This document shows, piece after piece, positions 33,916-43,733 of a stretch of 63,307 nt of DNA. Source of the stretch: an uncultured Candidatus Saccharibacteria bacterium (GTDB lineage: Bacteria; Patescibacteriota; Minisyncoccia; Phycocordibacterales; DATDWN01). Numbering within the stretch: position 1 is the stretch's first letter; the number at the start of each line of letters is the position of its first letter. The position numbers were made by a program, and so were the translations under genes. The notes under the pieces were generated by a model. The model did not search any database. It was given only the letters and a program-made list of their open reading frames with translations, and was not told the origin of the DNA. The stretch covers positions 25,142 to 88,448 of the forward strand of contig CAYRRP010000004.1 of NCBI GenBank assembly GCA_964426735.1, written 5' to 3'.

Positions 33916-34995
33916 ATGGAACAACCTCAAAACATAGTACATATTAGTGCGGGTACGATTATCAAAGCGATTGTAGTGGGTATATTATTCTACGCAGCAT
34001 ATCTACTCAAAGATCTAATACTTATCGTATTGCTGTCCATTATCATTGCATCATCCGTAGAGCCGATGACTCGATGGTTTGTAGAACGAAAGATACCGCG
34101 TATTCTCGGAGTGATTTTAATATATCTTACACTCACTGGGATAATCATTGGGTCTGTTTTCTATCTTCTGATCCCACTTCTTTCTGAATCAACGGATGTA
34201 TTGAAAAACCTACCATCGTATTTGAGTTCACAGGCAGTAGAACAATCACTTCCTACTACAGGCTTTCTGGGTGAACAATCTTCTTTTGTGTCAGGTATTA
34301 AAAGTGCTATCAATATCGAAGAAGTGGTTCTGGGTATTAATGCGATGATTGAAGGTTTCTCTACGGGAGCATTTAATACTATCGCATATGTATTCGGTGG
34401 AGTTGTATCTTTTGTACTTATGATTGTTCTTTCTTTTTATCTTTCTGTGGATGAAAATGGAGTGGCGAAGTTTCTCCGAATCATTACTCCATTGAAGCAT
34501 GAAAAATATATACTTAATCTCTGGGGTCGCGCACAAGGAAAGATAGGTCTCTGGATGCAAGGTCAGCTTATCCTTGCAGTAATTATTGGGATGCTCGTAT
34601 ATCTCGGTCTTACATTACTCAGTGTGCCAAATGCACTTCTGCTTGCGTTTCTTGCGGCACTGTTTGAGATTATCCCACTGTTTGGTCCAATTCTTGCAGC
34701 AATTCCAGCGGTGATGATTTCATTTGTTGACGGAGGTATTTCACTTTCAGTTGTTGTGATCGGACTATATCTTATTATCCACCAGTTTGAAAATCACTTG
34801 ATTTATCCACTTGTGGTAAAAAAAGTGACAGGAGTATCTCCGATTGTGTCTATCGTCGCTCTTGTGGCGGGCTGGGAGCTTGCAGGTTTTCTTGGTCTTG
34901 TGATTTCTGTTCCTGTAGCCACTGTGCTTATGGAATTCTTTGATGATGTAGAGCGAAATAAAATTGCACAGATTGAACATAATAATAAACAGTAA
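33916..34995 (+). CDS. AI-2E family transporter (second copy)
   Basis: Multi-TM protein with a pattern similar to 12007-13032 (..FEIIPLFGPILAAIP..). Confidence 0.75.
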   Translation: MEQPQNIVHISAGTIIKAIVVGILFYAAYLLKDLILIVLLSIIIASSVEPMTRWFVERKIPRILGVILIYLTLTGIIIGSVFYLLIPLLSESTDVLKNLPSYLSSQAVEQSLPTTGFLGEQSSFVSGIKSAINIEEVVLGINAMIEGFSTGAFNTIAYVFGGVVSFVLMIVLSFYLSVDENGVAKFLRIITPLKHEKYILNLWGRAQGKIGLWMQGQLILAVIIGMLVYLGLTLLSVPNALLLAFLAALFEIIPLFGPILAAIPAVMISFVDGGISLSVVVIGLYLIIHQFENHLIYPLVVKKVTGVSPIVSIVALVAGWELAGFLGLVISVPVATVLMEFFDDVERNKIAQIEHNNKQ

Positions 34996-35032
34996 GTCAA
35001 AAATCCATCAAGTCCGTAAAGTCAAAAGTCTA
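34994..35032 (+). repeat. AAGTC-rich short repeat upstream of metG
   Basis: AAGTCAAAAATCCATCAAGTCCGTAAAGTCAAAAGTCTA. An inverted partner lies at 36474-36508 and a related copy at 56379-56456. Confidence 0.7.
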
Positions 35033-35040
35033 ATACCTTT

Positions 35041-36468
35041 ATGAAAGATACATTTTACATTACAACCCCAATATTTTACCCAAATGCAAAACTGCATATG
35101 GGTCATGCGTATACAGTTACACTCTGTGACATTATTGCTCGCGCGCAAAAACTTCAAAGTAAAGAAGTGTATTTTCTTACGGGAGCAGACGAAAATACAG
35201 GTAAAATTTTAAAAGTAGTAGAAGAGCAAGGGCAAACAGTGGAAGAGTACCTCGATCAAGTCACTTTAAATTTTAAAGATTTATACAGCAAACTTGGTAT
35301 TTCATATAATCAGTTTATAAAAACTTCTGATAGAAAAAAACATTGGCCTGGAGCAGAAGCATTATGGAAAAAACTTGTAGATGCTGGTGATATTTATAAA
35401 GCGTCATATACAGGTTTGTATTGTGTAGGTTGTGAGACTTTCTATACAGAAAAAGATTTAGTTGAAGGAAAATGTCCGGTGCATCTTACTGTGCCGGAAA
35501 AAATAGAAGAAGAAAATTATTTTTTCAAACTTTCGAAATATACAAAAAGTATTAAAGAAAAAATTCAAACAGATGAGCTTTCAATTCTTCCTCAAACTCG
35601 AAAAAATGAAATTCTCGCCTTGTTAGAGAGGGGGTTGGAGGACGTAAGTTTTAGTCGTCCACTTAAAAATGTTCCACATGGAATTCCTGTACCTGGTGAT
35701 GATTCTCAGGTTATTTATGTATGGTGTGATGCATTGGTAAATTATATCTCAGCACTCGGATACGGACGTGATGATGAATTGTTTAAAAAATTTTGGCCGG
35801 CAGATGTACATGTAATCGGAAAAGATATTTTACGTTTTCATGCCGCTATCTGGCCCGCAATGCTTTTGTCTGCAGGAGTGCCGCTTCCTAAAAGTCTTTT
35901 GGTGCACGGACTTATTACTTCTGGGGGACATAAGATGTCAAAAAGTTTAGGGAATGTGATTGATCCTTATGTGCTCATCGAAGAATATGGTTATGAAGCA
36001 GTGCGCTATTATCTTGCACGTGAAGTGAGTCCTTTTGAGGATGGTGACATGACACTAGATCGTTTTAAAGAAAGTTATAATGCAAACCTTGCAAATGGTA
36101 TTGGAAACCTCACGTCTCGTATTATGAAAATGGCTCAGGATAATCTTGACGCACCTGTTGTAATAGCGGAATGGGAAGATATGTCAAAGTATTTTGAATT
36201 CTACGATTCATTTGAGATCAGTAAAGCTGCGGATTATATTTGGAATGAAATAAAAGCACTTGATCAGTATATTCAAGAAAACCAGCCGTTTAAAGTAGTA
36301 AAAACTAACAAGGAAACAGGTCAAAAAATGATTTCTGATTTAGTGATTCGACTGTATTCAGTTGCTCGAATGCTCAATCCAATTCTTCCAGAAACTTCAG
36401 AAAAAATTAAAACCCTTATTAAAGAAAACAAAACTCCAGAAACACCCCTTTTTGCACGTAAGGATTAG
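35041..36468 (+). CDS. metG: Methionine--tRNA ligase (minimal form)
   Basis: PIFYPNAKLHMGHAY (HIGH region) and KMSKSLGN. Confidence 0.92.
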   Translation: MKDTFYITTPIFYPNAKLHMGHAYTVTLCDIIARAQKLQSKEVYFLTGADENTGKILKVVEEQGQTVEEYLDQVTLNFKDLYSKLGISYNQFIKTSDRKKHWPGAEALWKKLVDAGDIYKASYTGLYCVGCETFYTEKDLVEGKCPVHLTVPEKIEEENYFFKLSKYTKSIKEKIQTDELSILPQTRKNEILALLERGLEDVSFSRPLKNVPHGIPVPGDDSQVIYVWCDALVNYISALGYGRDDELFKKFWPADVHVIGKDILRFHAAIWPAMLLSAGVPLPKSLLVHGLITSGGHKMSKSLGNVIDPYVLIEEYGYEAVRYYLAREVSPFEDGDMTLDRFKESYNANLANGIGNLTSRIMKMAQDNLDAPVVIAEWEDMSKYFEFYDSFEISKAADYIWNEIKALDQYIQENQPFKVVKTNKETGQKMISDLVIRLYSVARMLNPILPETSEKIKTLIKENKTPETPLFARKD

Positions 36469-36473
36469 TATTA

Positions 36474-36508
36474 CTTTAAGGACTTGATAGACTTTTGACT
36501 TTATGGAC
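36474..36508 (-). repeat. AAGTC-rich short repeat downstream of metG, overlapping the tatD start
   Basis: TAGACTTTTGACTTTATGGAC is the reverse complement of GTCCGTAAAGTCAAAAGTCTA upstream of metG, with one mismatch. Confidence 0.7.
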
Positions 36509-37309
36509 TATAGCTATATCGACATCCACTCTCATTTATACTTCAAAGATTTTGATTCTGATCGAGAAGAGGTGATTCTCCGTATGAAAGAACAGGGAAT
36601 TGCCACTATTTCAATTGGAACTGGTCTTGAAACATCCAAACAATCAGTGGAGTTGGCGCACGCACATGAAAATTTGTATGCATGTGTTGGTGTGCATCCT
36701 GCAGATGTGGCTACCGCGGATGTTCCGGAGGAAATTGACTTGCTCGCAGAAGATCTGAAAGTGGTCGCTATTGGTGAATGTGGTTTTGATTATTTTAGAC
36801 TCGAAGGGGATGCGTCTGAGATTAAAGAAGCTCAAAAGAGAGTATTTGAACATCAGGTTAAGCTCGCGCTAAAGGTGGGTAAGTCACTGATGCTTCATTG
36901 TCGCTCAACAGCTGGAACAATGGACGCGTATCATGACACACTTGATATCTTGGAGAGTTACCATAGGGAACACGGAAGCAAGCTTCGTGGCAATGCTCAC
37001 TTTTTTGCAGGAGACATGGATGTCTTGAAACGTTTTCTTGATATTGGTTTTACTGTCTCTTTCACAGGAGTAATCACTTTTACTCATGATTATGATGATC
37101 TGGTACGCTATACACCGCTTGAGATGCTTCATGCAGAGACCGATGCTCCGTTTGTTGCCCCAAAGCCTCACAGAGGCACTCGCAACAGTCCTGAATACGT
37201 CAAGGAGGTTGTTTCTGCCATCGCTCGTATAAAGGAAGAAGATGAAGAAATGGTCAAAAAAAACCTTATTTCTAACGCCCAGCGTATCTTTAGGGTCTCG
37301 GTTGGGTAG
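36503..37309 (+). CDS. tatD: TatD-family metal-dependent hydrolase
   Basis: IDIHSHL at the N-terminus, GECGFDY, and HCR/AHFF/ETDAPF motifs. Confidence 0.85.
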   Translation: MDYSYIDIHSHLYFKDFDSDREEVILRMKEQGIATISIGTGLETSKQSVELAHAHENLYACVGVHPADVATADVPEEIDLLAEDLKVVAIGECGFDYFRLEGDASEIKEAQKRVFEHQVKLALKVGKSLMLHCRSTAGTMDAYHDTLDILESYHREHGSKLRGNAHFFAGDMDVLKRFLDIGFTVSFTGVITFTHDYDDLVRYTPLEMLHAETDAPFVAPKPHRGTRNSPEYVKEVVSAIARIKEEDEEMVKKNLISNAQRIFRVSVG

Positions 37310-37347
37310 GGTTGCGTTTACCCCGTACTTGTGATAGTCTTTGACTC

Positions 37348-37848
37348 ATGGAAAAAGAGAACAAAAAAAGCTCAAAATCAGCCAATAAAACCGATTCTTC
37401 AAAGGTATATGAACTCGGATATATTTTGGTTGCTTCGTTACCTGATGAGAAGATTGCTGATGAAGTGGTTTCTCTTAAGGATATGTTGGTAAAAAATGGA
37501 TCAGATATTATTTCACACGAAGATCCAATGTTGATCGATCTCGCATACCCAATGGTTAAAGTGGTCTCAACTCAACGACAAAAATATTCACGAGGGTATT
37601 TTGGATGGATTAAGTTTGAAACTGAGCCAAGCGCACTCGCTGAAATCAAAAAAAGTCTCGACCTTTCTTCAACTGTGCTTCGATACTTGATTGTAAAGAC
37701 AGTACGAGAAAATACATTATTGAATGGAAAAATGATTCTTCGAAAAGAGGAAAGAGAGGAGGTTCTCCCTGAAGAAGTGATTGATGATGTTGTTGTTGAT
37801 TCAGGTGAGGTTTTGGATAAATCTATCGATGATCTCGTAATTGCATAA
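37348..37848 (+). CDS. rpsF: 30S ribosomal protein S6 with N- and C-terminal extensions
   Basis: YELGYIL core, and its position at the head of the rpsF-ssb-rpsR arrangement. Confidence 0.8.
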   Translation: MEKENKKSSKSANKTDSSKVYELGYILVASLPDEKIADEVVSLKDMLVKNGSDIISHEDPMLIDLAYPMVKVVSTQRQKYSRGYFGWIKFETEPSALAEIKKSLDLSSTVLRYLIVKTVRENTLLNGKMILRKEEREEVLPEEVIDDVVVDSGEVLDKSIDDLVIA

Positions 37849-37855
37849 CAAATCT

Positions 37856-38314
37856 ATGTATCTCAATAAAGCAATCATTATAGGTAATCTTACGCGCGAT
37901 CCTGAGCTTAAAGCTCTTCCGTCAGGAATTACCGTTACAAGCTTTTCTGTGGCAACGAATCGTGTATGGAAAGATAAGAATGGTGCAAAACAAGAGAGTG
38001 CAGATTATCACAATATTGTAGTGTTTGGCCGTCAGGCAGAGATTGCAAATCAATACCTTCGCAAAGGCGCTTCGGTGCTTGTAGAGGGGAGAATGCAGAC
38101 TCGAAGTTGGGATGATGCAAGTGGTAAGAAAAACTACCGAACAGAAATCATCGCAGATCGAATCCAGTTTGGTCCACGCACAGGAGGTGCATCAACTGTT
38201 CCGTCACAAGCACCAGTGGGTGACTCAGGTGTGCCTGACCAGGGTAGTCCTAAAGGTCTCGATACTATCGAATATCCAGAAGAGGAGATTAACCCTGAGG
38301 ATATCCCATTCTAG
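37856..38314 (+). CDS. ssb: Single-stranded DNA-binding protein
   Basis: NKAIIIGNLTRDPELK...TSFSVATNR OB fold, with the acidic tail ending DIPF. Confidence 0.92.
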   Translation: MYLNKAIIIGNLTRDPELKALPSGITVTSFSVATNRVWKDKNGAKQESADYHNIVVFGRQAEIANQYLRKGASVLVEGRMQTRSWDDASGKKNYRTEIIADRIQFGPRTGGASTVPSQAPVGDSGVPDQGSPKGLDTIEYPEEEINPEDIPF

Positions 38315-38326
38315 TTATTTCTGGTT

Positions 38327-38448
38327 CTTTTGCTCGATTTCTTTGATACTCACTTTTCTCTTTCCCGCGAAGTAGTCAATCTACATCTTGGTCAAGAGAA
38401 AAGTTCCGTCCTTCGAATCGAACAAAAGCCCTCAGAACTAACATGTTG
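38327..38448. repeat. Long imperfect hairpin (~120 nt) splitting ssb from rpsR
   Basis: The arms TTCTGGTTCTTTTGCTCGATT..CACTTTTCTCTT and AAGAGAAAAGTT..AATCGAACAAAAGCCCTCAGAA are complementary. Confidence 0.65.
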
Positions 38449-38506
38449 GGGTACGACTTGACGTTTAGTGAGAAATAATATAATTTACATACAATAATAA
38501 AAAAAG

Positions 38507-38704
38507 ATGAAGTGTTACTTTACTCAAAACAACATACAGCATATCGACTATAAAGACGTTGATTTGCTTAAGAAATTCCTCAACCCGCATGCGCGAATGA
38601 TTTCACGTAAGCGAACAGGTACCACTGCTAAAAACCAGCGAAATCTTGCAGAGGCGGTTAAGCGAGCACGCTTCATGGGTCTTCTTCCATACGTAGCAAG
38701 ATAA
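38507..38704 (+). CDS. rpsR: 30S ribosomal protein S18
   Basis: [47 protein letters not shown]. Confidence 0.93.
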   Translation: MKCYFTQNNIQHIDYKDVDLLKKFLNPHARMISRKRTGTTAKNQRNLAEAVKRARFMGLLPYVAR

Positions 38705-38822
38705 ACTTGTAAAATTACTCCATCTGCGTTGTTGCGATTCAAATTTGTTCGCTCACCGTAGGACAAGTACGGCTCACTCACAAATTCTCTCGCGCCTAGC
38801 ATCTGAAGCACTTTTTCAAGTT
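38704..38822 (+). repeat. Dispersed ~115-nt hairpin repeat, copy E
   Basis: CGTTGTTGCGATTCAAATTTGTTCGCTCACCGTAGGACAAGTACGGCTCACTCACAAATTCTCT..CATCTGAAGC. The outer stem is AACTTGTAAAA / TTTTTCAAGTT. Confidence 0.85.
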
Positions 38823-39041
38823 AATAAATACAAAACAAAAACCCCTTACGGGGTTTTTGTTTTAAGTAATCACCAGTGGGAGTCTGAGGATTTTTGTTTG
38901 AGTTTGAGGTGAGGAATGAGTGACCTCATTCCGCAAGACCTTGAATATTTTGTAATCAAAATGTGAAAGGTATACAGCTCCTGTAAGGAGGAAGGATGAC
39001 TTCAAACATACAACAAAGAAATCAGACAAAAAGACCAGACG

Positions 39042-39620
39042 CTAAAAGCTATTACCAACACGTTCGACGTAATCGCCGGTCTCGGTATTGATTCGAATCG
39101 TTTCTCCTTCTTTAATAAACATTGGCACATACACTGACGCACCGGTTTCCACCTTTACTTCTTTGGTTGCACCCTGAGCGGTATTTCCTTTGGTTGCATC
39201 ATGTGCTTCGGTCACTTTGAGATCTACTTTTACAGGGAGTTTTACTCCGATGATTTTCTCCTTAAACATAAGAAGGGAAATAATAGAATTTGTTTTCATA
39301 AACTTTGCCCCCATGCCGATCATATCTTCTTCGATTTTAAATCGTTTAGAAGCATCATCAGTCTCACAGAACCAGTATTCACCTTTGTTTGCATAGAGGA
39401 ACTTCGCGTCTTTTTTGTCGATTTCGGCTTCTTCAACCTTTTCAGATACGTGGAAAGATTGTTCAGTCATTTTTCCAGTGATAAGGTTTTTGAGTTTTGT
39501 TGCATTCACTGGTTTTCGCTGTTGTTTGCGAAATACATGTGAGTCAACTACCTCGTAGGGCGCACCGTCGAGGACAATATATTTTCGCTCTACGATTTCA
39601 TTGTATTCAAGCATTGCCAT
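39042..39620 (-). CDS. efp: Elongation factor P
   Basis: YIVLDGAPYEVVDSHVFRKQQRKPVNATKLKNLITGK is the canonical EF-P N-terminal domain. Confidence 0.92.
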   Translation of the reverse strand: MAMLEYNEIVERKYIVLDGAPYEVVDSHVFRKQQRKPVNATKLKNLITGKMTEQSFHVSEKVEEAEIDKKDAKFLYANKGEYWFCETDDASKRFKIEEDMIGMGAKFMKTNSIISLLMFKEKIIGVKLPVKVDLKVTEAHDATKGNTAQGATKEVKVETGASVYVPMFIKEGETIRINTETGDYVERVGNSF

Positions 39621-39652
39621 AAGATTTTGTGTATTATGAGTATAACTGTGCG

Positions 39653-39681
39653 ATTATAGCGTATTTTAAGTCTCCTTACAA
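39653..39681 (-). promoter_or_regulatory. Sigma70-like promoter for efp
   Basis: On the minus strand, TTGTAA (39681-39676), 17 nt, TATAAT (39658-39653). Confidence 0.55.
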
Positions 39682-39683
39682 TA

Positions 39684-39819
39684 CAAAAGCCCTCCTTTTT
39701 GAGGGTAGGGCTTTGCGTGTCTGACTCCCGCGTACCGTACTAGGATGTTGAGGGGGTGAGCAGCTCTGGTTTAAGGAGGGCTCACACGGAGGAACTAATA
39801 CGGATGAAGTCTCCACTTA
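39684..39819 (-). ncRNA. Candidate ~135-nt sRNA between recA and efp
   Basis: GC-rich segment with its own minus-strand promoter abutting the recA stop and an intrinsic terminator (AAAGCCCT..AGGGCTTTTG). It folds into a rod-like set of nested stems (CCGUAUUAG/CUAGUACGG, GUGAGC/GCUCAC). Confidence 0.4.
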
Positions 39820-39825
39820 GCAAGT

Positions 39826-39853
39826 ACAATACCCGATAGAAATATTTTGTCAA
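39826..39853 (-). promoter_or_regulatory. Sigma70-like promoter for the sRNA candidate
   Basis: On the minus strand, TTGACA (39853-39848) immediately after the recA TGA, a 16-nt spacer, then TATTGT (39831-39826). Confidence 0.4.
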
Positions 39854-40924
39854 TCATTCATCACTTGAAGTTTCGCTTTCAGATCCAGATACGGGTACGG
39901 CAGATCCACCGTTATCTTTGAGCTTTGCACGGATTTGTTTGAGGATTTCCTCTGAAAGCTTCTTGTCTTCTCGGAGAAACTGACGAGTCGCATCGTATCC
40001 ACGACCAAGCTTCACATCTCCGTAGGCATATGAAGTACCTGATTTCTGGATGATACGCATCTTTTCTCCGAGAGCAATGATTTCTCCTTCACGAGAAATA
40101 CCTTCATTGTACATGAGGTCAAACTCTGTTTGTTTGAATGGAGCAGCGACTTTGTTCTTTACCACCTTCACTCTGATACGTCCTCCCATGATCTCTTCTC
40201 CTTTCTTGATCTGAGCGATACGTCGGATATCGATACGTACAGAAGTGTAGAATTTAAGTGCCTTTCCACCTGGGGTAGTCTCAGGGTTTCCAAACATCAC
40301 TCCGATTTGCATACGGATTTGATTGATGAAGATAACCACGGTTTTAGATTTTGCTACAATAGCAGTGAGCTTTCGAAGGGCTTGAGACATGAGACGGGCT
40401 TGTTTACCGACATGATGTGCCCCCATATCTCCTTCGATTTCATCTTTTGGAGTAAGTGCCGCAACAGAGTCGACTACAATCACATCCATTTTTCCTGAAC
40501 GTACGAGAGATTCAACAATTTCAAGGGCTTGCTCACCATTGTCTGGTTGAGAGATAAGAAGCTGATCAATACGCACACCGAGTCTTTGTGCATATTCAGG
40601 ATCCATTGAGTGTTCTGCGTCGATAAATGCACAAATCCCACCAAGTTTCTGTGCTTCTGCCACAACATGAAGAGAAAGAGTTGTTTTACCTGATGATTCT
40701 GGGCCAAAAATTTCAATAATACGTCCACGGGGGATACCACCAACACCGAGTGCAGCATCAAGTCCTATAGATCCTGTTGAAATTGAGTTCACATCAACAT
40801 GAGGTTTGTCACCAAGCATCATGATTGAATCTTCACCAAATTTTGTTTTAATTTCTCTCAGTGTATCTGCAATACCTGCGTCATTTCCTTTTGCTACCTT
40901 TTCTTTCTTCGGTTTTTTCATCAT
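39854..40924 (-). CDS. recA: Recombinase RecA
   Basis: [10 protein letters not shown] Walker [15 protein letters not shown], and L1/L2 loop sequences. Confidence 0.97.
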   Translation of the reverse strand: MMKKPKKEKVAKGNDAGIADTLREIKTKFGEDSIMMLGDKPHVDVNSISTGSIGLDAALGVGGIPRGRIIEIFGPESSGKTTLSLHVVAEAQKLGGICAFIDAEHSMDPEYAQRLGVRIDQLLISQPDNGEQALEIVESLVRSGKMDVIVVDSVAALTPKDEIEGDMGAHHVGKQARLMSQALRKLTAIVAKSKTVVIFINQIRMQIGVMFGNPETTPGGKALKFYTSVRIDIRRIAQIKKGEEIMGGRIRVKVVKNKVAAPFKQTEFDLMYNEGISREGEIIALGEKMRIIQKSGTSYAYGDVKLGRGYDATRQFLREDKKLSEEILKQIRAKLKDNGGSAVPVSGSESETSSDE

Positions 40925-40935
40925 ACCTTTATATA

Positions 40936-41292
40936 TTATGGTTTTTCCTGATAAATAATTTCTATCGTTTTTTTCGTTTCCGCCCCAAACTTATCTTTCG
41001 CCTCGATTGTAATTATATTATAGCCAGGTATGAGGAGCAATGCATCGGTAAAGTTGCCCGAACGATCAATGTAGAGTATTCGATCATTGAGAGTTATAGA
41101 ATTTACATTTTTTGCCACACCACGAACTTCGATCAGCGGGGTAATATAGGTGGCCCCATTCAAAGGAGCGCGTATCTCAATAACCGGTCCCTGGATAATT
41201 TTTTTACCTTGAAATGCGCTATACCCAACAATGAGTATGCCAAGTGCGAGTAAAGAATAAAGTTTGAGGTAGTAAATACCGTTGTGTTTCAT
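40936..41292 (-). CDS. Small membrane-anchored beta-sandwich-like protein, unknown function
   Basis: N-terminal TM helix followed by about 85 aa of Ig-like sequence. It sits between ftsK and recA on the same strand. Confidence 0.55.
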   Translation of the reverse strand: MKHNGIYYLKLYSLLALGILIVGYSAFQGKKIIQGPVIEIRAPLNGATYITPLIEVRGVAKNVNSITLNDRILYIDRSGNFTDALLLIPGYNIITIEAKDKFGAETKKTIEIIYQEKP

Positions 41293-41300
41293 GCCAAGTA

Positions 41301-43487
41301 TTAAGAGGTCGATTCAGTATCTTCTTGTTTGATGAGGACTTCACGTGCTTTTGCTCCTGATCCAGGGCCAATAACCTGTTGTTCCTCGAGACTGTCAATC
41401 AGTCGTGCTGCACGTGCATATCCAATACCTAGTTTTCGTTGGAGATATGATGTAGACGCTTTGCCAGATTCTATGACAATTGCGCGTGCTTCTTCATAGA
41501 GTTCATCTTCTGCAGCACCATCACCCTCATCTTCGAGAGTTGATTCAAATATAGAATTCTTACCATCTTGTACTTTTCCAGACAGATCGATTTCATTCGG
41601 GAGTTCAAGTGAATAGTTGTCGGCAAGGTATTTAACTACATCCTTAAGTTCATTTTCTGAGATATATGCAGATTGAATACGCTGAGGTTGTGACATTTCT
41701 CCTGATAGATAGAGCATATCTCCCGCACCAAGAAGTTTTTCCGCGCCTGCCATATCGAGGATTGTTCGAGAGTCGATCTGAGATGCTACTTGGAGTGCAA
41801 GACGGGTAGGGATGTTGGCTTTAATAAGACCAGTAATAACATTTACTGATGGACGTTGTGTAGAAAGGATGAGGTGAATACCGACTGCTCGAGACATTTG
41901 TGCGAGGCGAACGATACCTGCCTCGAGCTCTCGAGGGTATGCTTGCATGATATCAGCCAACTCATCGATTACGATGACGATATATGGCATAGTCTCCACA
42001 GGCGATTCTTCATCACCTGTACGTGTTTTTTTAAGTGCGGGTTCAACAATATTTTTATGATATGACTCAATATTTTGTAGAGACGCCTTTTGTAGTACAT
42101 CATATCGGCGATCCATTTCTTTTGCTGCCCATTTAAGTGCAAGAATAGCTTTCTTTGCGTCAGTAATTACCGGTGTGAGCTGGTGAGGGATTTTGTTATA
42201 CAAGGTAAGCTCCACTCGTTTTGGGTCAACCATGATGAATTTGAGGTTGTCTGGAGAGTTTCTATATAACAATGAAGTAATCACTGCATGGATTGTCACT
42301 GATTTACCAGATCCGGTTGCACCTGCAATAAGCATATGTGGTGCTTTTGCAAGGTTTGCAAAGTATGACATTCCAGAAATTCCTTTACCGAGACAAATCA
42401 TAAGAGGTTTTTCTGAGTTTTGAAATTCAGGTGCACCAAGCAGAGAGCCCATACCTACTGTTGTTTTTGTACTGTTTGGTATTTCAATACCTACCAGAGA
42501 TTTGCCAGGAATAGGGGCTTCGATACGGATCGGGTGTGCCGCAAGGGCAAGTGAAAGATCATTTTGAAGACCGAGGATACGAGAAAGCTTTACTCCTTCT
42601 GCAGGTTTGAGTGCATACCGAGTGATAGATGGTCCAACTGAGACCTCATCCATTTCTACATTAATACCAAAGTTTGCAAGAGTTCGTTTGATAATATTTG
42701 AGTTTGCTTTAATATCTCCAACTCCCGGTTTTCCACGGTCTTTTTCAAGTAAGGTAAGGGGAGGAGGTACAAACTCTTTACCCGAAAGTGAGAGGAATCC
42801 ACCAAGATCAAATCCACCTTTTTCTTCATCAGTTATTTTTTTAGATACTGGTTTCTGATCATCTTTTTTTGCTTCATCAGCTTGTGCTTGAGCAAGTGCT
42901 TGTGCTGTTGCAGGGGCGAGGATTGGTTCTGTATCTAGTGTATTATCACCAGGAGCAAGTCCTTCTTTCTTTTTAAATAAAGATGAAAAATGGAGTTTGA
43001 GAGGAATATCAAACATAATAAGGAGTGATATAACACTAAATGCAAGAAGAATAATCACTGATGCATAGAGATCAAATAAAGAGAGGAGTGGTGATGAGAT
43101 GAGATTTCCGAGGATACCGCCTTTACCTCCAAATCCTGCAGTTGATGTTGCAATATTGAGTAATGCAAGAGTTGAACAGAAAAAGAGTAGTCCTCCAATG
43201 CTATGTGTCAAAGCCAACTTTTTTTTCAATGAATTAAAAAATGATATACAGAGAATCAAAAAAAGAATTGGGAGAAGCCAGTATCCATACCCAAATAAAT
43301 GTTCAAGGAAATCATATGACCATACACCAACTTTTCCACCACGACCAAATCCTGAAAGTGTGAAAAAAGTTGCGAGAACAAAAAAGAGTACCGCAATAAT
43401 ACCTTGAAGAGTTTCTTCTTGTAAGTAAGTAAAAACGCCACCAGATTCTTCCCCCTTTTCTTCAATGTGTTTTTTCTTTCGTCCCAT
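41301..43487 (-). CDS. ftsK: DNA translocase FtsK/SpoIIIE
   Basis: N-terminal TM segments, Walker A GATGSGKSV, Walker B VIVIDELAD, and a C-terminal gamma winged-helix (TSYLQRKLGIGYARAARLID). Confidence 0.93.
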   Translation of the reverse strand: MGRKKKHIEEKGEESGGVFTYLQEETLQGIIAVLFFVLATFFTLSGFGRGGKVGVWSYDFLEHLFGYGYWLLPILFLILCISFFNSLKKKLALTHSIGGLLFFCSTLALLNIATSTAGFGGKGGILGNLISSPLLSLFDLYASVIILLAFSVISLLIMFDIPLKLHFSSLFKKKEGLAPGDNTLDTEPILAPATAQALAQAQADEAKKDDQKPVSKKITDEEKGGFDLGGFLSLSGKEFVPPPLTLLEKDRGKPGVGDIKANSNIIKRTLANFGINVEMDEVSVGPSITRYALKPAEGVKLSRILGLQNDLSLALAAHPIRIEAPIPGKSLVGIEIPNSTKTTVGMGSLLGAPEFQNSEKPLMICLGKGISGMSYFANLAKAPHMLIAGATGSGKSVTIHAVITSLLYRNSPDNLKFIMVDPKRVELTLYNKIPHQLTPVITDAKKAILALKWAAKEMDRRYDVLQKASLQNIESYHKNIVEPALKKTRTGDEESPVETMPYIVIVIDELADIMQAYPRELEAGIVRLAQMSRAVGIHLILSTQRPSVNVITGLIKANIPTRLALQVASQIDSRTILDMAGAEKLLGAGDMLYLSGEMSQPQRIQSAYISENELKDVVKYLADNYSLELPNEIDLSGKVQDGKNSIFESTLEDEGDGAAEDELYEEARAIVIESGKASTSYLQRKLGIGYARAARLIDSLEEQQVIGPGSGAKAREVLIKQEDTESTS

Positions 43488-43733
43488 GTTGTTTGTGTTA
43501 TATAGAAAATTATATCACATATATGTAGGAGGTTTATCGTGGAAAAGTGATCAGGTATGAAGGTTTGATGTATGATCGGGATACAACAACAAAAGTCATC
43601 ATGTGTATTGCTTGTATCTCAATACGACACTGATGTATAATGGACACCAACAGTTGCTCATATAAAAGACGTGTGGTATTATATAAGACAACAAAGGACA
43701 TAAAAATAGTCTTTAATAAAAACTAAAAAATAA

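Noticed and set aside
39684-39819. SRP (4.5S) RNA identity for the recA-efp sRNA candidate
   Set aside because: The structure is rod-like but the conserved domain IV sequence is absent. AGCAGC occurs only on the opposite strand and on the wrong side of the hairpin.
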